A stretch of DNA of 64,000 nucleotides from NCBI GenBank assembly GCA_043799545.1, contig JAZDNO010000006.1, positions 32,001 through 96,000 on the forward strand. Reading direction: 5' to 3'. Each line of letters starts with the position of its first letter. Position 1 is the stretch's first letter. The stretch comes from Methanobacteriota archaeon (GTDB lineage Archaea; Thermoplasmatota; Thermoplasmata; SG8-5; DAIRED01). Below are positions 37,331 through 45,256 of the stretch, piece after piece. The notes under the pieces are model-generated. The model was not told where the DNA came from and made no database searches. It worked only from the letters and a program-made list of their open reading frames with translations. The position numbers and the translations under genes are program-made.

Positions 37331-37860
37331 TTGATTACGTATTCGCAATAAACATCGCCCTTGAGCTGGCAACGTTGCTTGGTGACCGTGCCCTTCGTGT
37401 GCGTCATCTCCAATGCCCCCTCGCACACCCCAACCCAGGAATCGCAGGAAACATCGACTCGGTTCACGTCGTAGAGCTTGAGCGAGATTCTGTTTTTTAT
37501 GCTGGTGTCCACCCGCACCTGACCGAACGTATACACTTCGCTGTAATTCTTCGGAAAGCTCTCGGCGAGTATCTTGGGACTCGCATATCTGACCAGCCAT
37601 CCAAGCAGACCGAGGTTCTTAACGACGAACTTACCCGCCTCGATTATGCTCTCGCGCCCGTATGTGCGCTCCAGCCATCGCAGTACGTTCTCCCTGTACG
37701 CATCTGGATAGTAAAGCCCGTCTTTGACGGCCTCCGCCAATCCCAAGTCGGCGATGCAGCTCTCCAGCCCCTGCTGGCCCCACTTCTTCTCGACGAACTT
37801 GAGATATGCGTTAACGACCGAGCCCCTGACGCTTCTTTCCACCATGGTAACGATATCCAT
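37318..37860 (-). CDS. HNOB/V4R-like ligand-binding domain protein
   Basis: KKWG..G.E.....Y..WY-like N-terminus; C-terminal CQLKGDVYCEYVI V4R motif. Confidence 0.6.
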   Translation of the reverse strand: MDIVTMVERSVRGSVVNAYLKFVEKKWGQQGLESCIADLGLAEAVKDGLYYPDAYRENVLRWLERTYGRESIIEAGKFVVKNLGLLGWLVRYASPKILAESFPKNYSEVYTFGQVRVDTSIKNRISLKLYDVNRVDVSCDSWVGVCEGALEMTHTKGTVTKQRCQLKGDVYCEYVINYGN

Positions 37861-37961
37861 ATTCCTGTGGGGTGTAAAAAAGTTTGTCTTTTAGAGGGAA
37901 AATCGTCCAGCGCACTCGACACCTTAAAATATCGTCATCATCTATTCCCGCGCGTGGAAGC

Positions 37962-39254
37962 ATGCTAGACCCCAAGCTCGTCCGCGAGAACCCCGATGTC
38001 ATCAGACGCGACCTGGAGAAGCGCAACGACGGCGCAAAGCTTGAATTGCTGGGACAGGTCGTCGCGCAGGATGCCGAGTGGCGCAAGCTGACCGAAGAGG
38101 TCAACAATCTCAGGCACGAGAGGAACGACATCGCCAGGAAGATAGCCGAGACGAAGAAGGCAAAGGGCGACGCGACCGCACTGATGGAGAGAGCCGCAGA
38201 AATACCCAGGAAAATCGACGAGGCAGGCGCGCGCCTGGACGAGCTGAGGCACGCCGTTGACGCCGGGTTGATGAGGCTGCCGAACATCCTGCACGAGAGC
38301 GTGCCCGTGGGGAAGGACGATGTGGCAAACGTCGTCGTGATGTCGTGGGGGGAGCCCAGGGCGTTCGACTTCGAGCTGAAGAACCACGGTGAGCTGGCTG
38401 AGGCGCTGGGGCTGGCCGACTTCGACCGCGCGGCGAGGATATCCGGGGCCGGATTCAACTATCTGAAAGGCGACCTCGCGCTCCTCGACCTGGCACTGGT
38501 GAACTATGCCGTCCATTTCATGACCTCAAAGGGATACACGCTCGTGGAGCCCCCGTACATGATGCGGCGCGAGGCATACGAAGGAGTCACAGATCTTTCT
38601 GATTTCGAGAACGTGATGTACAAAATAGAGGGCGAGGATCTCTACATGATAGCAACATCCGAGCATCCGATGGCGGCTATGTACATGGGTGAAATAATCG
38701 ACGAGGACTTGCTACCCATCAAGCTCGTCGGGATGTCCCCGTGCTTCAGAAGGGAGATTGGCGCCCGCGGCGTGGACACCAAGGGCCTTTTCCGCATGCA
38801 CCAGTTCAACAAGGTGGAGCAGTTCATCTTCTGCCGTCCGGAGGACTCCTGGAAGTTCCACGAGGAGCTCCAGTCCAACAGCGAGGAGATGATAAAAGGG
38901 CTGGGCCTGCCCTTCCGCGTCGTGAACGTCTGCACCGGGGACATTGGCACGCTGGCCGCAAAGAAGTACGACATCGAGGTGTGGTTCCCCAGGCAGGGGA
39001 AGTATGGCGAGGTGACGTCGTGCTCCAACGACACCGATTACCAGGCCAGGCGCCTCGGTATAAGGTACGGAAAACACGGCGGCGAGAAGAAGGGAGTGCC
39101 GCACACCCTCAACAACACCGCAATAGCGACGTCGCGCATCATGGTCGCCATCCTTGAGAATTGCCAGAACGCGGACGGAAGCGTCACAATCCCGGAGGCT
39201 CTGCGCAAGTACATGGGCGGAAAAGATAGGATGCCGGAAGGGGGGTCGGGATGA
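37962..39254 (+). CDS. serS: Seryl-tRNA synthetase (type 1)
   Basis: MLDPKLVR, coiled arm, ATSEHP, CFRREIGARG.DTKGLFRMHQFNKVEQF, EVTSCSN, HTLNNTAIA. Confidence 0.97.
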   Translation: MLDPKLVRENPDVIRRDLEKRNDGAKLELLGQVVAQDAEWRKLTEEVNNLRHERNDIARKIAETKKAKGDATALMERAAEIPRKIDEAGARLDELRHAVDAGLMRLPNILHESVPVGKDDVANVVVMSWGEPRAFDFELKNHGELAEALGLADFDRAARISGAGFNYLKGDLALLDLALVNYAVHFMTSKGYTLVEPPYMMRREAYEGVTDLSDFENVMYKIEGEDLYMIATSEHPMAAMYMGEIIDEDLLPIKLVGMSPCFRREIGARGVDTKGLFRMHQFNKVEQFIFCRPEDSWKFHEELQSNSEEMIKGLGLPFRVVNVCTGDIGTLAAKKYDIEVWFPRQGKYGEVTSCSNDTDYQARRLGIRYGKHGGEKKGVPHTLNNTAIATSRIMVAILENCQNADGSVTIPEALRKYMGGKDRMPEGGSG

Positions 39255-39814
39255 AACCTGGAACGGCAAAAGAGGCCACAGTTCAATTCCGATCCATCGA
39301 AGAGCCAGAGATAGTGAAGATCCATGGATACCAGAATGGGGATTGCAGGGAGGAACTGTCCGGCATATTCAGGTTCGAGGAACCGTGGGCTCCGATGAGC
39401 AGGGCTCAGATAAAGGAGAAGCTGGACGAGCAACGAAAGGAGCGCAGAAGCGCTTTCTTCGGCCTTTTTTTGCCCGAAGGCGAATTTGTAGGTCTGGCAT
39501 CTTTCACATCAAGGTGGGACCCTTGGTGCCCGCGCTTTGAAATCATCGTTTGGCCCGAATGCAGAAGGAAAGGCTTCGGGAGGTCGGCAGCGCAGAACAT
39601 GCTCTCAAAAATTTTCGGCGACCATTTGTCCAACGCGACATCGACCAGCGTGCCTGAGTGGTCCAAGCCGGCGCGTGCATTCGTCGAATCCCTGGGATTC
39701 AGTGCCTGCGGCCGGATGCGGCGAGCCGGCATCAGGGGCGGCAAGTTCTACGACATGGTGTGCTACGATTTACTCAAGCGGGAATATCTGGCCGGCAAGA
39801 AGGGGGTGGGGTGA
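39251..39814 (+). CDS. RimJ/RimL-type GNAT, type A copy 1
   Basis: RRKGFGRSAA, GRMRRAG...FYD...YDLL..EY; ATGA overlap with serS. Confidence 0.8.
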   Translation: MKPGTAKEATVQFRSIEEPEIVKIHGYQNGDCREELSGIFRFEEPWAPMSRAQIKEKLDEQRKERRSAFFGLFLPEGEFVGLASFTSRWDPWCPRFEIIVWPECRRKGFGRSAAQNMLSKIFGDHLSNATSTSVPEWSKPARAFVESLGFSACGRMRRAGIRGGKFYDMVCYDLLKREYLAGKKGVG

Positions 39815-40374
39815 TGGACGTCCTTGTCGGCAAAACGGTGCGGCTCAGGCCGATGAAGGATTCGGATTACGAATATTTCGCGTCTTTGAAGAACGACCTT
39901 CGGACGCAGGCCTGGAACCAGCGCACGCCGATGTGCAGGACCGCCCAGCAGATGAAGGAGCATTACGAGACCGAGAGGAAGAAGCCACACACCGGGGACT
40001 TTTCCATCGAGACGCTGGACGGGGCGCTCGTGGGTACGATTGGATATGGCGAGGACCCTCCTAGGCTGGCTGCCCACGTCGGCGTCATCACCGGCATGGA
40101 ACATTGGGGAAAGGGGTATGCGCTGGAGGCGCACGAACTGCTGCTGCGATTCCTATTCGAGGAAAGGGGAATCCAGGTCGTTCGCCTATGGACGCAATCT
40201 GGCAACGAGCGCGGGATAGCCGCGGCGGAGAAAATCGGGTTCAAAGTTCAGAGCCGATTCAGGGAGAACGGAATAATCGGGGGAAAGCCCGCCGACAACG
40301 TGTACATGGACATGCTGCGCGAGGAATATTTCAAAGCCAGAGGCCTCAAGGACAACCTGCCACCACGCCGCTGA
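39814..40374 (+). CDS. RimJ/RimL-type GNAT, type B copy 1
   Basis: GKTVRLRP, HWGKGYALEA, GNERGI..AEKIGF; TGATG overlap with the previous gene. Confidence 0.85.
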   Translation: MDVLVGKTVRLRPMKDSDYEYFASLKNDLRTQAWNQRTPMCRTAQQMKEHYETERKKPHTGDFSIETLDGALVGTIGYGEDPPRLAAHVGVITGMEHWGKGYALEAHELLLRFLFEERGIQVVRLWTQSGNERGIAAAEKIGFKVQSRFRENGIIGGKPADNVYMDMLREEYFKARGLKDNLPPRR

Positions 40375-40420
40375 CCGGACAACCGAAGATATTTCTACCA
40401 ATTCAGGCATCGCTCGGGCG

Positions 40421-40981
40421 ATGAACGAGAATGCGAAGATGGGTCCCCGCATAGAAATCCGCTCCCTGGGGGAGCAGGAGATGGTCGAGGTCCACCGCCA
40501 GCAGAACTCGCGCTGCCTCGCAGAGCTGGCCGACTTCCTCGACGTCGAGCCGCCTTACCTCCCGCTCACGCTGGAAAAAGTCAAAAGCACGGTTGCCGAG
40601 TACAACCGCAAGGATAGGACTTACCTCTCCGGGGTTTTCACCCATGACGGACATCTCGTGGGCCTGGCATTCTACGGTGCCGAGTTCGACGCCACCTGGC
40701 CGTGGCTATCGGTCCTGATATTTCCCGAGCACAGGCGCAAAGGGTTCGGGCGCGCAGCGGCGGACGCGCTGATGGCGAAGGCGTTCGGCCAGACTCACGC
40801 CCGCTCGGCATGCTGCCATGTCCCCGGCTGGTCCGAAGCGGGGCTTGCGTTCGCCCCGAAGATGGGCTTAAGGGCGGCCGGTCGAAGCCGCCGGTCATAC
40901 TTCATCGACGGCGGGTTCGTCGACGGTTTCTTCTTCGACATCCTTCGCTCGGAGTACGCCGGAACTGGGGGGGATATATGA
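40421..40981 (+). CDS. RimJ/RimL-type GNAT, type A copy 2
   Basis: RRKGFGRAAA, VPGWS, GRSRRS...FDIL..EY; paralogous to 39251. Confidence 0.8.
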   Translation: MNENAKMGPRIEIRSLGEQEMVEVHRQQNSRCLAELADFLDVEPPYLPLTLEKVKSTVAEYNRKDRTYLSGVFTHDGHLVGLAFYGAEFDATWPWLSVLIFPEHRRKGFGRAAADALMAKAFGQTHARSACCHVPGWSEAGLAFAPKMGLRAAGRSRRSYFIDGGFVDGFFFDILRSEYAGTGGDI

Positions 40982-41538
40982 TGGAACTGTTCGAGGGGAA
41001 GCTGGTCCGCCTGAGGCCATACCGGGACGGGGACTTGGGGTACTTTTCCGGGCTCAGGAACGACATGCGCACCCAGGGCTGGAACCAGAGGATGCCGCCC
41101 CGGGCGACGCCGGAGAGCACCCGCGAGAGGCTGGAGGACCGCCAGAAGAACCAGCACTCGGCAGTCCTCGCAATAGAGACGCTTGACGGAAAGCTCGTGG
41201 GCTACGTCACATACGAAGAGGGCCCCATGCGCCTGAAGGCTATGCTCGGCGCCATAACGGGGCCGGAGCACTGGGGCAAAGGATATGCCCGCGAGGCTCA
41301 GGAGCTGATGATGAAGTTCCTCTTCGAGGACCGCGGAATCCAGGTCATCTACCTATGGACGACGTCGTGGAACGAGAAGGCCGTGCACGGCGCGGCGAAG
41401 CTTGGCTTCAAACCCGCCGTTCGGTTGAGGGAGGCCACGGTGATGGACGGCAAGCGCCACGATGCGATAATAATGGACATGGTGCGCGAGGAGTACTACG
41501 CCGTCAGAGGGCTGAAGGACCCGCTCAGCGGCATCTGA
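40978..41538 (+). CDS. RimJ/RimL-type GNAT, type B copy 2
   Basis: GKLVRLRP, NDMRTQGWNQR, HWGKGYAREA; paralogous to 39814. Confidence 0.85.
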   Translation: MMELFEGKLVRLRPYRDGDLGYFSGLRNDMRTQGWNQRMPPRATPESTRERLEDRQKNQHSAVLAIETLDGKLVGYVTYEEGPMRLKAMLGAITGPEHWGKGYAREAQELMMKFLFEDRGIQVIYLWTTSWNEKAVHGAAKLGFKPAVRLREATVMDGKRHDAIIMDMVREEYYAVRGLKDPLSGI

Positions 41539-41541
41539 ACG

Positions 41542-42144
41542 TCAATTGCCGCTCTTCAGGGTCGGCAAGACCTTCACGAGCCCGGTGTCCAAATCGTATA
41601 TCGCGCCAGCCACCCGCGTCCCCTTCTCCCGCACGAGCTTTCCCAGCGGGGTCTTCGGAGACGAAATCCTCGCCACGAGCATCTCGGTGCTCACTTTGAC
41701 CGCGTTGGAGACAAGGTCTCCTTGCATCGCCCTCGCCTTTTCCACCGCCGGCGCAATGGCGGCCATCACATGGCTGAGGTGCCCTGAGGCTTTGTCTCCC
41801 CTGGCGGCAGCTTCCAAAGCTCCGCATTTGGTATGTCCCAGGACCAGGACGAGGGGGACGCGCAGGTGTCCCACAGCGTATTCCAGGGATCCGAAGGACA
41901 TCGCGTCCATCGCGCTCCCGGCCGTCCGGACGACAAAGATGTTGCCGAGCGTCTGGTCGAAAATCAGCTCCGGCGGGACTCGGGAGTCCGAGCAGGCGAC
42001 GATTGCGGCAAAGGGATTCTGGCCGCCGGACACCTGCTCCCGTCTTATCTGCATGGAAACCGAGAATGTGGACTCGCCTGCAACGAAGCGTTTGTTGCCG
42101 TCAAGCAGCTCCTTGATTGCCTGCGTCGCGGTGCGCGAACTCAT
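41542..42144 (-). CDS. Beta-class carbonic anhydrase
   Basis: CSDSRVPPE, RTAG, HTKCGA. Confidence 0.92.
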   Translation of the reverse strand: MSSRTATQAIKELLDGNKRFVAGESTFSVSMQIRREQVSGGQNPFAAIVACSDSRVPPELIFDQTLGNIFVVRTAGSAMDAMSFGSLEYAVGHLRVPLVLVLGHTKCGALEAAARGDKASGHLSHVMAAIAPAVEKARAMQGDLVSNAVKVSTEMLVARISSPKTPLGKLVREKGTRVAGAIYDLDTGLVKVLPTLKSGN

Positions 42145-42908
42145 CGGTACATCCCCGGGGGCGCGTCCGGCATCTCGGGCTGCGCCAGGGGCTTGATCTG
42201 GGCAATCGCCTTCCTGACCTGCGCCTCGATTGCAATAGCTTGCCCCAGCAGGGGCTTCGGGTCAATCTCGATCTGCGGTATCATCTTGTTGAGAACAGTG
42301 AGCACCTGCGCCGCGGATCGGCTGTCGGGATATTCTGCGTGTGCCTCCACCAGAAGACACACGACATCGAAGTCTGCGAAGTTGCCTTTGTATAACAAGA
42401 GCCCTGACAGGCCGCTCACCATGCCCGTCAACAGCGGCTCGGTACCGAGGTCTTTCAGGTGCCCGTTGGAACCCGGAGTGCTTCCCACATGGAATATCTT
42501 AACTGGGTCCTTGGGGAGATCTGTGCTGTTGACCCCCTCGACAGCCACGACGATATGGCATTTCCTCTCCATGCACCAATCTATTATCTTGTCGGCCAGC
42601 GGAGCGATCAGGCCCGCCTTGATGGGCAGCTCGGACGTGATGACCACAAGCTGATTGCACGCCCCCTTCGGGCCGCAAACGTGGTCGCCGGCGTAGATGC
42701 GCACGGGCGGCATGGGAACGCCGTCCTGGACTATTGCCGCCGGGTAGAAATCATCTGAGGCGAAAGAGCCGACGAGCTCGAGTTTCAGGTTGGTGACCAT
42801 GAAGTTCGCGGCTATCGTGCTGACCAGGCCTATCGTCGGAAAGCTGACGACGACCATCGAGTTCGTCAAATCCTTCGTCATGTAATCGTGAACAGATATG
42901 GAGTTCAT
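42141..42908 (-). CDS. PAC2 family proteasome assembly chaperone
   Basis: FPTIGLVSTIAA, PPVRIY, GMVSGLSGLLL, YPDSRSAA, IDPKPL. Confidence 0.85.
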   Translation of the reverse strand: MNSISVHDYMTKDLTNSMVVVSFPTIGLVSTIAANFMVTNLKLELVGSFASDDFYPAAIVQDGVPMPPVRIYAGDHVCGPKGACNQLVVITSELPIKAGLIAPLADKIIDWCMERKCHIVVAVEGVNSTDLPKDPVKIFHVGSTPGSNGHLKDLGTEPLLTGMVSGLSGLLLYKGNFADFDVVCLLVEAHAEYPDSRSAAQVLTVLNKMIPQIEIDPKPLLGQAIAIEAQVRKAIAQIKPLAQPEMPDAPPGMYR

Positions 42909-42973
42909 GCGGCACCAGGGGGATGAGACAGTCGCCGATTAAGAGCTTTGCGGAGGAAGCCTGCCAAATCAAT

Positions 42974-43017
42974 TTGTTATATATTGTAATAATACTTTGT
43001 AATATTGTTTTTTATAC
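42974..43017 (+). promoter_or_regulatory. AT-rich promoter of the hybrid hydrogenase operon with TTGT(AATA) repeats
   Basis: TTGT at 42974, 42984, 42997 and 43005; TTGTAATA at 42984 and 42997; TTTTATAC ends near 43017. Confidence 0.45.
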
Positions 43018-43060
43018 TCACTCTCGGATTTGCCGTTGGCTCGACCCAGGAGTTAAGTCC

Positions 43061-44782
43061 ATGAAGCCCAAGGTAGCGGTGTTCGACTTCGCAAGCTGCG
43101 AAGGCTGCGAACTGCAGATCGCGAATCTCGAGGAGCAGGTAATCGACCTAGTCGGCGCGGTCGACATAGTCTCCTTCAGGGAGGTCATGAAGGAGCACTC
43201 GGACGATTACGACATCGCGTTCATTGAGGGCTCGATAAACCGACCTCTGGACGAGGAGCGGTTGAAGAAGATTCGGTCTCGCGCGAAGGTCCTCATCGCC
43301 ATGGGCGACTGCGCCTGCACGGGCTGTGTCAACAAGCTGAGGAACCAGTGGACGGTCGAGGAGGTCAAGAAAGAGGTGTATCCAGACGCGGCGGCGCAGA
43401 TGAAGGGCAACGAGCTCTTCGACATCTTTCCGACGAAGGCCATCGACGAAGTCGTGAAGGTGGATTTCTACATCCGCGGCTGCCCGATTCGGAAGGAGCA
43501 GTTCATCTATTACGTCAACAGGTTCGCGACCATGCCCCCGAGGAAGAACATGAACCTGCGCTTCAAGATCACCGAAAGGGAGATGGAGTCCGACCCCCGC
43601 TCGGTAATCCACTACGACCCGCAGAAGTGCATTCTTTGTAGGCACTGCCAGATAATATGCAACGACGTTCTTGACGTGCACGCCATCGGCATATCGGAGA
43701 AGGGGAACGAATCCATCATCTCCACGCCTTTTGAGAAAGGGCTGGAGGCCAACAACTGCATCAAGTGCGGCCAATGCCTCGTCAATTGCCCGGTCGGAGC
43801 GTTTTCGGAGAGCGCGGGAGTCGAAAAGGCCAAGGCGCTCATCGAGGACCCGAAGAATTACGTCATCCTGGTCATAGACCCGATTGCGATGGCCTCGGCA
43901 ATGGAGGGGATGATGACGTCGGAGACGCAGCTGGGGCCGGTGATTAGGAGGACGATATCGGCGTTCAGGAAGCTCGGCGTCAAGAGGGTGCTCGATTTCA
44001 CAAACTTCACGTACCTCTCAATCGCGGCGCAGGGCGAGCACATCAGGAACCACCACGAGATGAGCTTCGCATCATGGTGTCCGAGCGCCAGTATTTTCGT
44101 GAAGAAGTTCTATCCGCAGTTCAAGAAGTACCTGCACCCAGAATTCGAACCAGTTAACATCATGGCAGACCAGCTGAGGGCCAAGTACGGCAAGAAGAAT
44201 CTGAAGATAGTGCTTGTGAGCCCATGCATCGTGCACAAGGGCAACGAAAGCATCGACGCAGTGCTGACCGCCAGGGAGCTGCCGAGGCTCCTGAAATCAT
44301 GCGAGCTCGACATCGATTTCTTCCCTGCCGAAGGGGTGGACTTCGACACCGAGTGCTCCATGACGACGACGTTCCTCAGCGGGGCCAGGAACGACCACAC
44401 TTACTCCGTGCAGATGCTTGAAGCTGCGTACTATGGCAAATTCAAGAACCTCGATTCGGCGCTCGACATCAAGACCATCGGCGACTACGCCCACGAACTG
44501 ACCTTCGACAGCGAGGAGGGCTTCTTCAACGCCCTCGTCATCGAAGACATAGCAAAGACCAGCAAGTACCTCGAGAAGGACATAAGGAAGTACAACATCG
44601 TCGAGCTTTACCCGTGCTACTGGGGGTGCGTCACCGGCGGCGGGCAGACGCTGACGACTTCGTTGGCTGTGCTGGAGCACAGGATGGCTTTGCTGAAGGA
44701 GTACAAGGGAACGATAAAAGACCATGGCAAATTCATAGCCCAGATGATTGCCGGGTACGAACAGTGCAAGAGGGGTGAGTAA
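43061..44782 (+). CDS. Hybrid subunit: [NiFe] small-subunit N-domain fused to the 2x[4Fe-4S] and H-cluster domain of an [FeFe] hydrogenase
   Basis: SCEGC, GDC, GCP (small subunit); CILCRHC and CIKCGQC..CPVGA; degenerate P1 ASWCPS, P2 SPCIVHK, P3 ELYPCYWGCVTGGG. Confidence 0.88.
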   Translation: MKPKVAVFDFASCEGCELQIANLEEQVIDLVGAVDIVSFREVMKEHSDDYDIAFIEGSINRPLDEERLKKIRSRAKVLIAMGDCACTGCVNKLRNQWTVEEVKKEVYPDAAAQMKGNELFDIFPTKAIDEVVKVDFYIRGCPIRKEQFIYYVNRFATMPPRKNMNLRFKITEREMESDPRSVIHYDPQKCILCRHCQIICNDVLDVHAIGISEKGNESIISTPFEKGLEANNCIKCGQCLVNCPVGAFSESAGVEKAKALIEDPKNYVILVIDPIAMASAMEGMMTSETQLGPVIRRTISAFRKLGVKRVLDFTNFTYLSIAAQGEHIRNHHEMSFASWCPSASIFVKKFYPQFKKYLHPEFEPVNIMADQLRAKYGKKNLKIVLVSPCIVHKGNESIDAVLTARELPRLLKSCELDIDFFPAEGVDFDTECSMTTTFLSGARNDHTYSVQMLEAAYYGKFKNLDSALDIKTIGDYAHELTFDSEEGFFNALVIEDIAKTSKYLEKDIRKYNIVELYPCYWGCVTGGGQTLTTSLAVLEHRMALLKEYKGTIKDHGKFIAQMIAGYEQCKRGE

Positions 44783-45256
44783 ATGGACGTCAAGGACAGG
44801 TTCGTAATCGACACGGTTCTGGAGAAGTACAAAGGGGTCCGGGACCCCGCCCTCATAATACTCCAGAATATCCAGGCCGTCCTCGGATACGTCGGGAAGG
44901 ATTACCTGGAGTACGTCGCCGAGAAGACCGATTACTCCCTCACGGAATTGTACGGCATAGTCACATTCTATCCGTCGTTCAGGCTGGAGCCACCGGGGAA
45001 GCACACAATCAAAGTCTGCCAGGGGACGGCCTGCCACGTCCGGGGCGGGGAGAAGGTGCTGAAGGCGGTGGAGGAGCTGCTGGAAATCAAGCCCGGCGGG
45101 ACGACCAAAGACCGGCTTTTCTCGCTGGAATCGGTCCGGTGCCTCGGCTGCTGCGGCCTCTCGCCAGTCATAATGATAGACAACGAAACTTACGGGCGGG
45201 TAAAACCCGCCAAGCTCAATGAAATCCTGACCAAATACGGGGAGGCGGGCGAATGA
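44783..45256 (+). CDS. NuoE/HydC-like [2Fe-2S] subunit
   Basis: TFYPSF, VCQGTACHVRG, RCLGCCGLSP. Confidence 0.92.
   Translation: MDVKDRFVIDTVLEKYKGVRDPALIILQNIQAVLGYVGKDYLEYVAEKTDYSLTELYGIVTFYPSFRLEPPGKHTIKVCQGTACHVRGGEKVLKAVEELLEIKPGGTTKDRLFSLESVRCLGCCGLSPVIMIDNETYGRVKPAKLNEILTKYGEAGE

Noticed and set aside
42923-43060. N-terminal extensions given by the ORF track (here and for the acyl-CoA ligase, GT28, serS, thiolase, TBP-like, GNAT and large-subunit genes)
   Set aside because: They run through promoters or neighbouring genes; downstream starts have an RBS or TATA context and match where family homology begins
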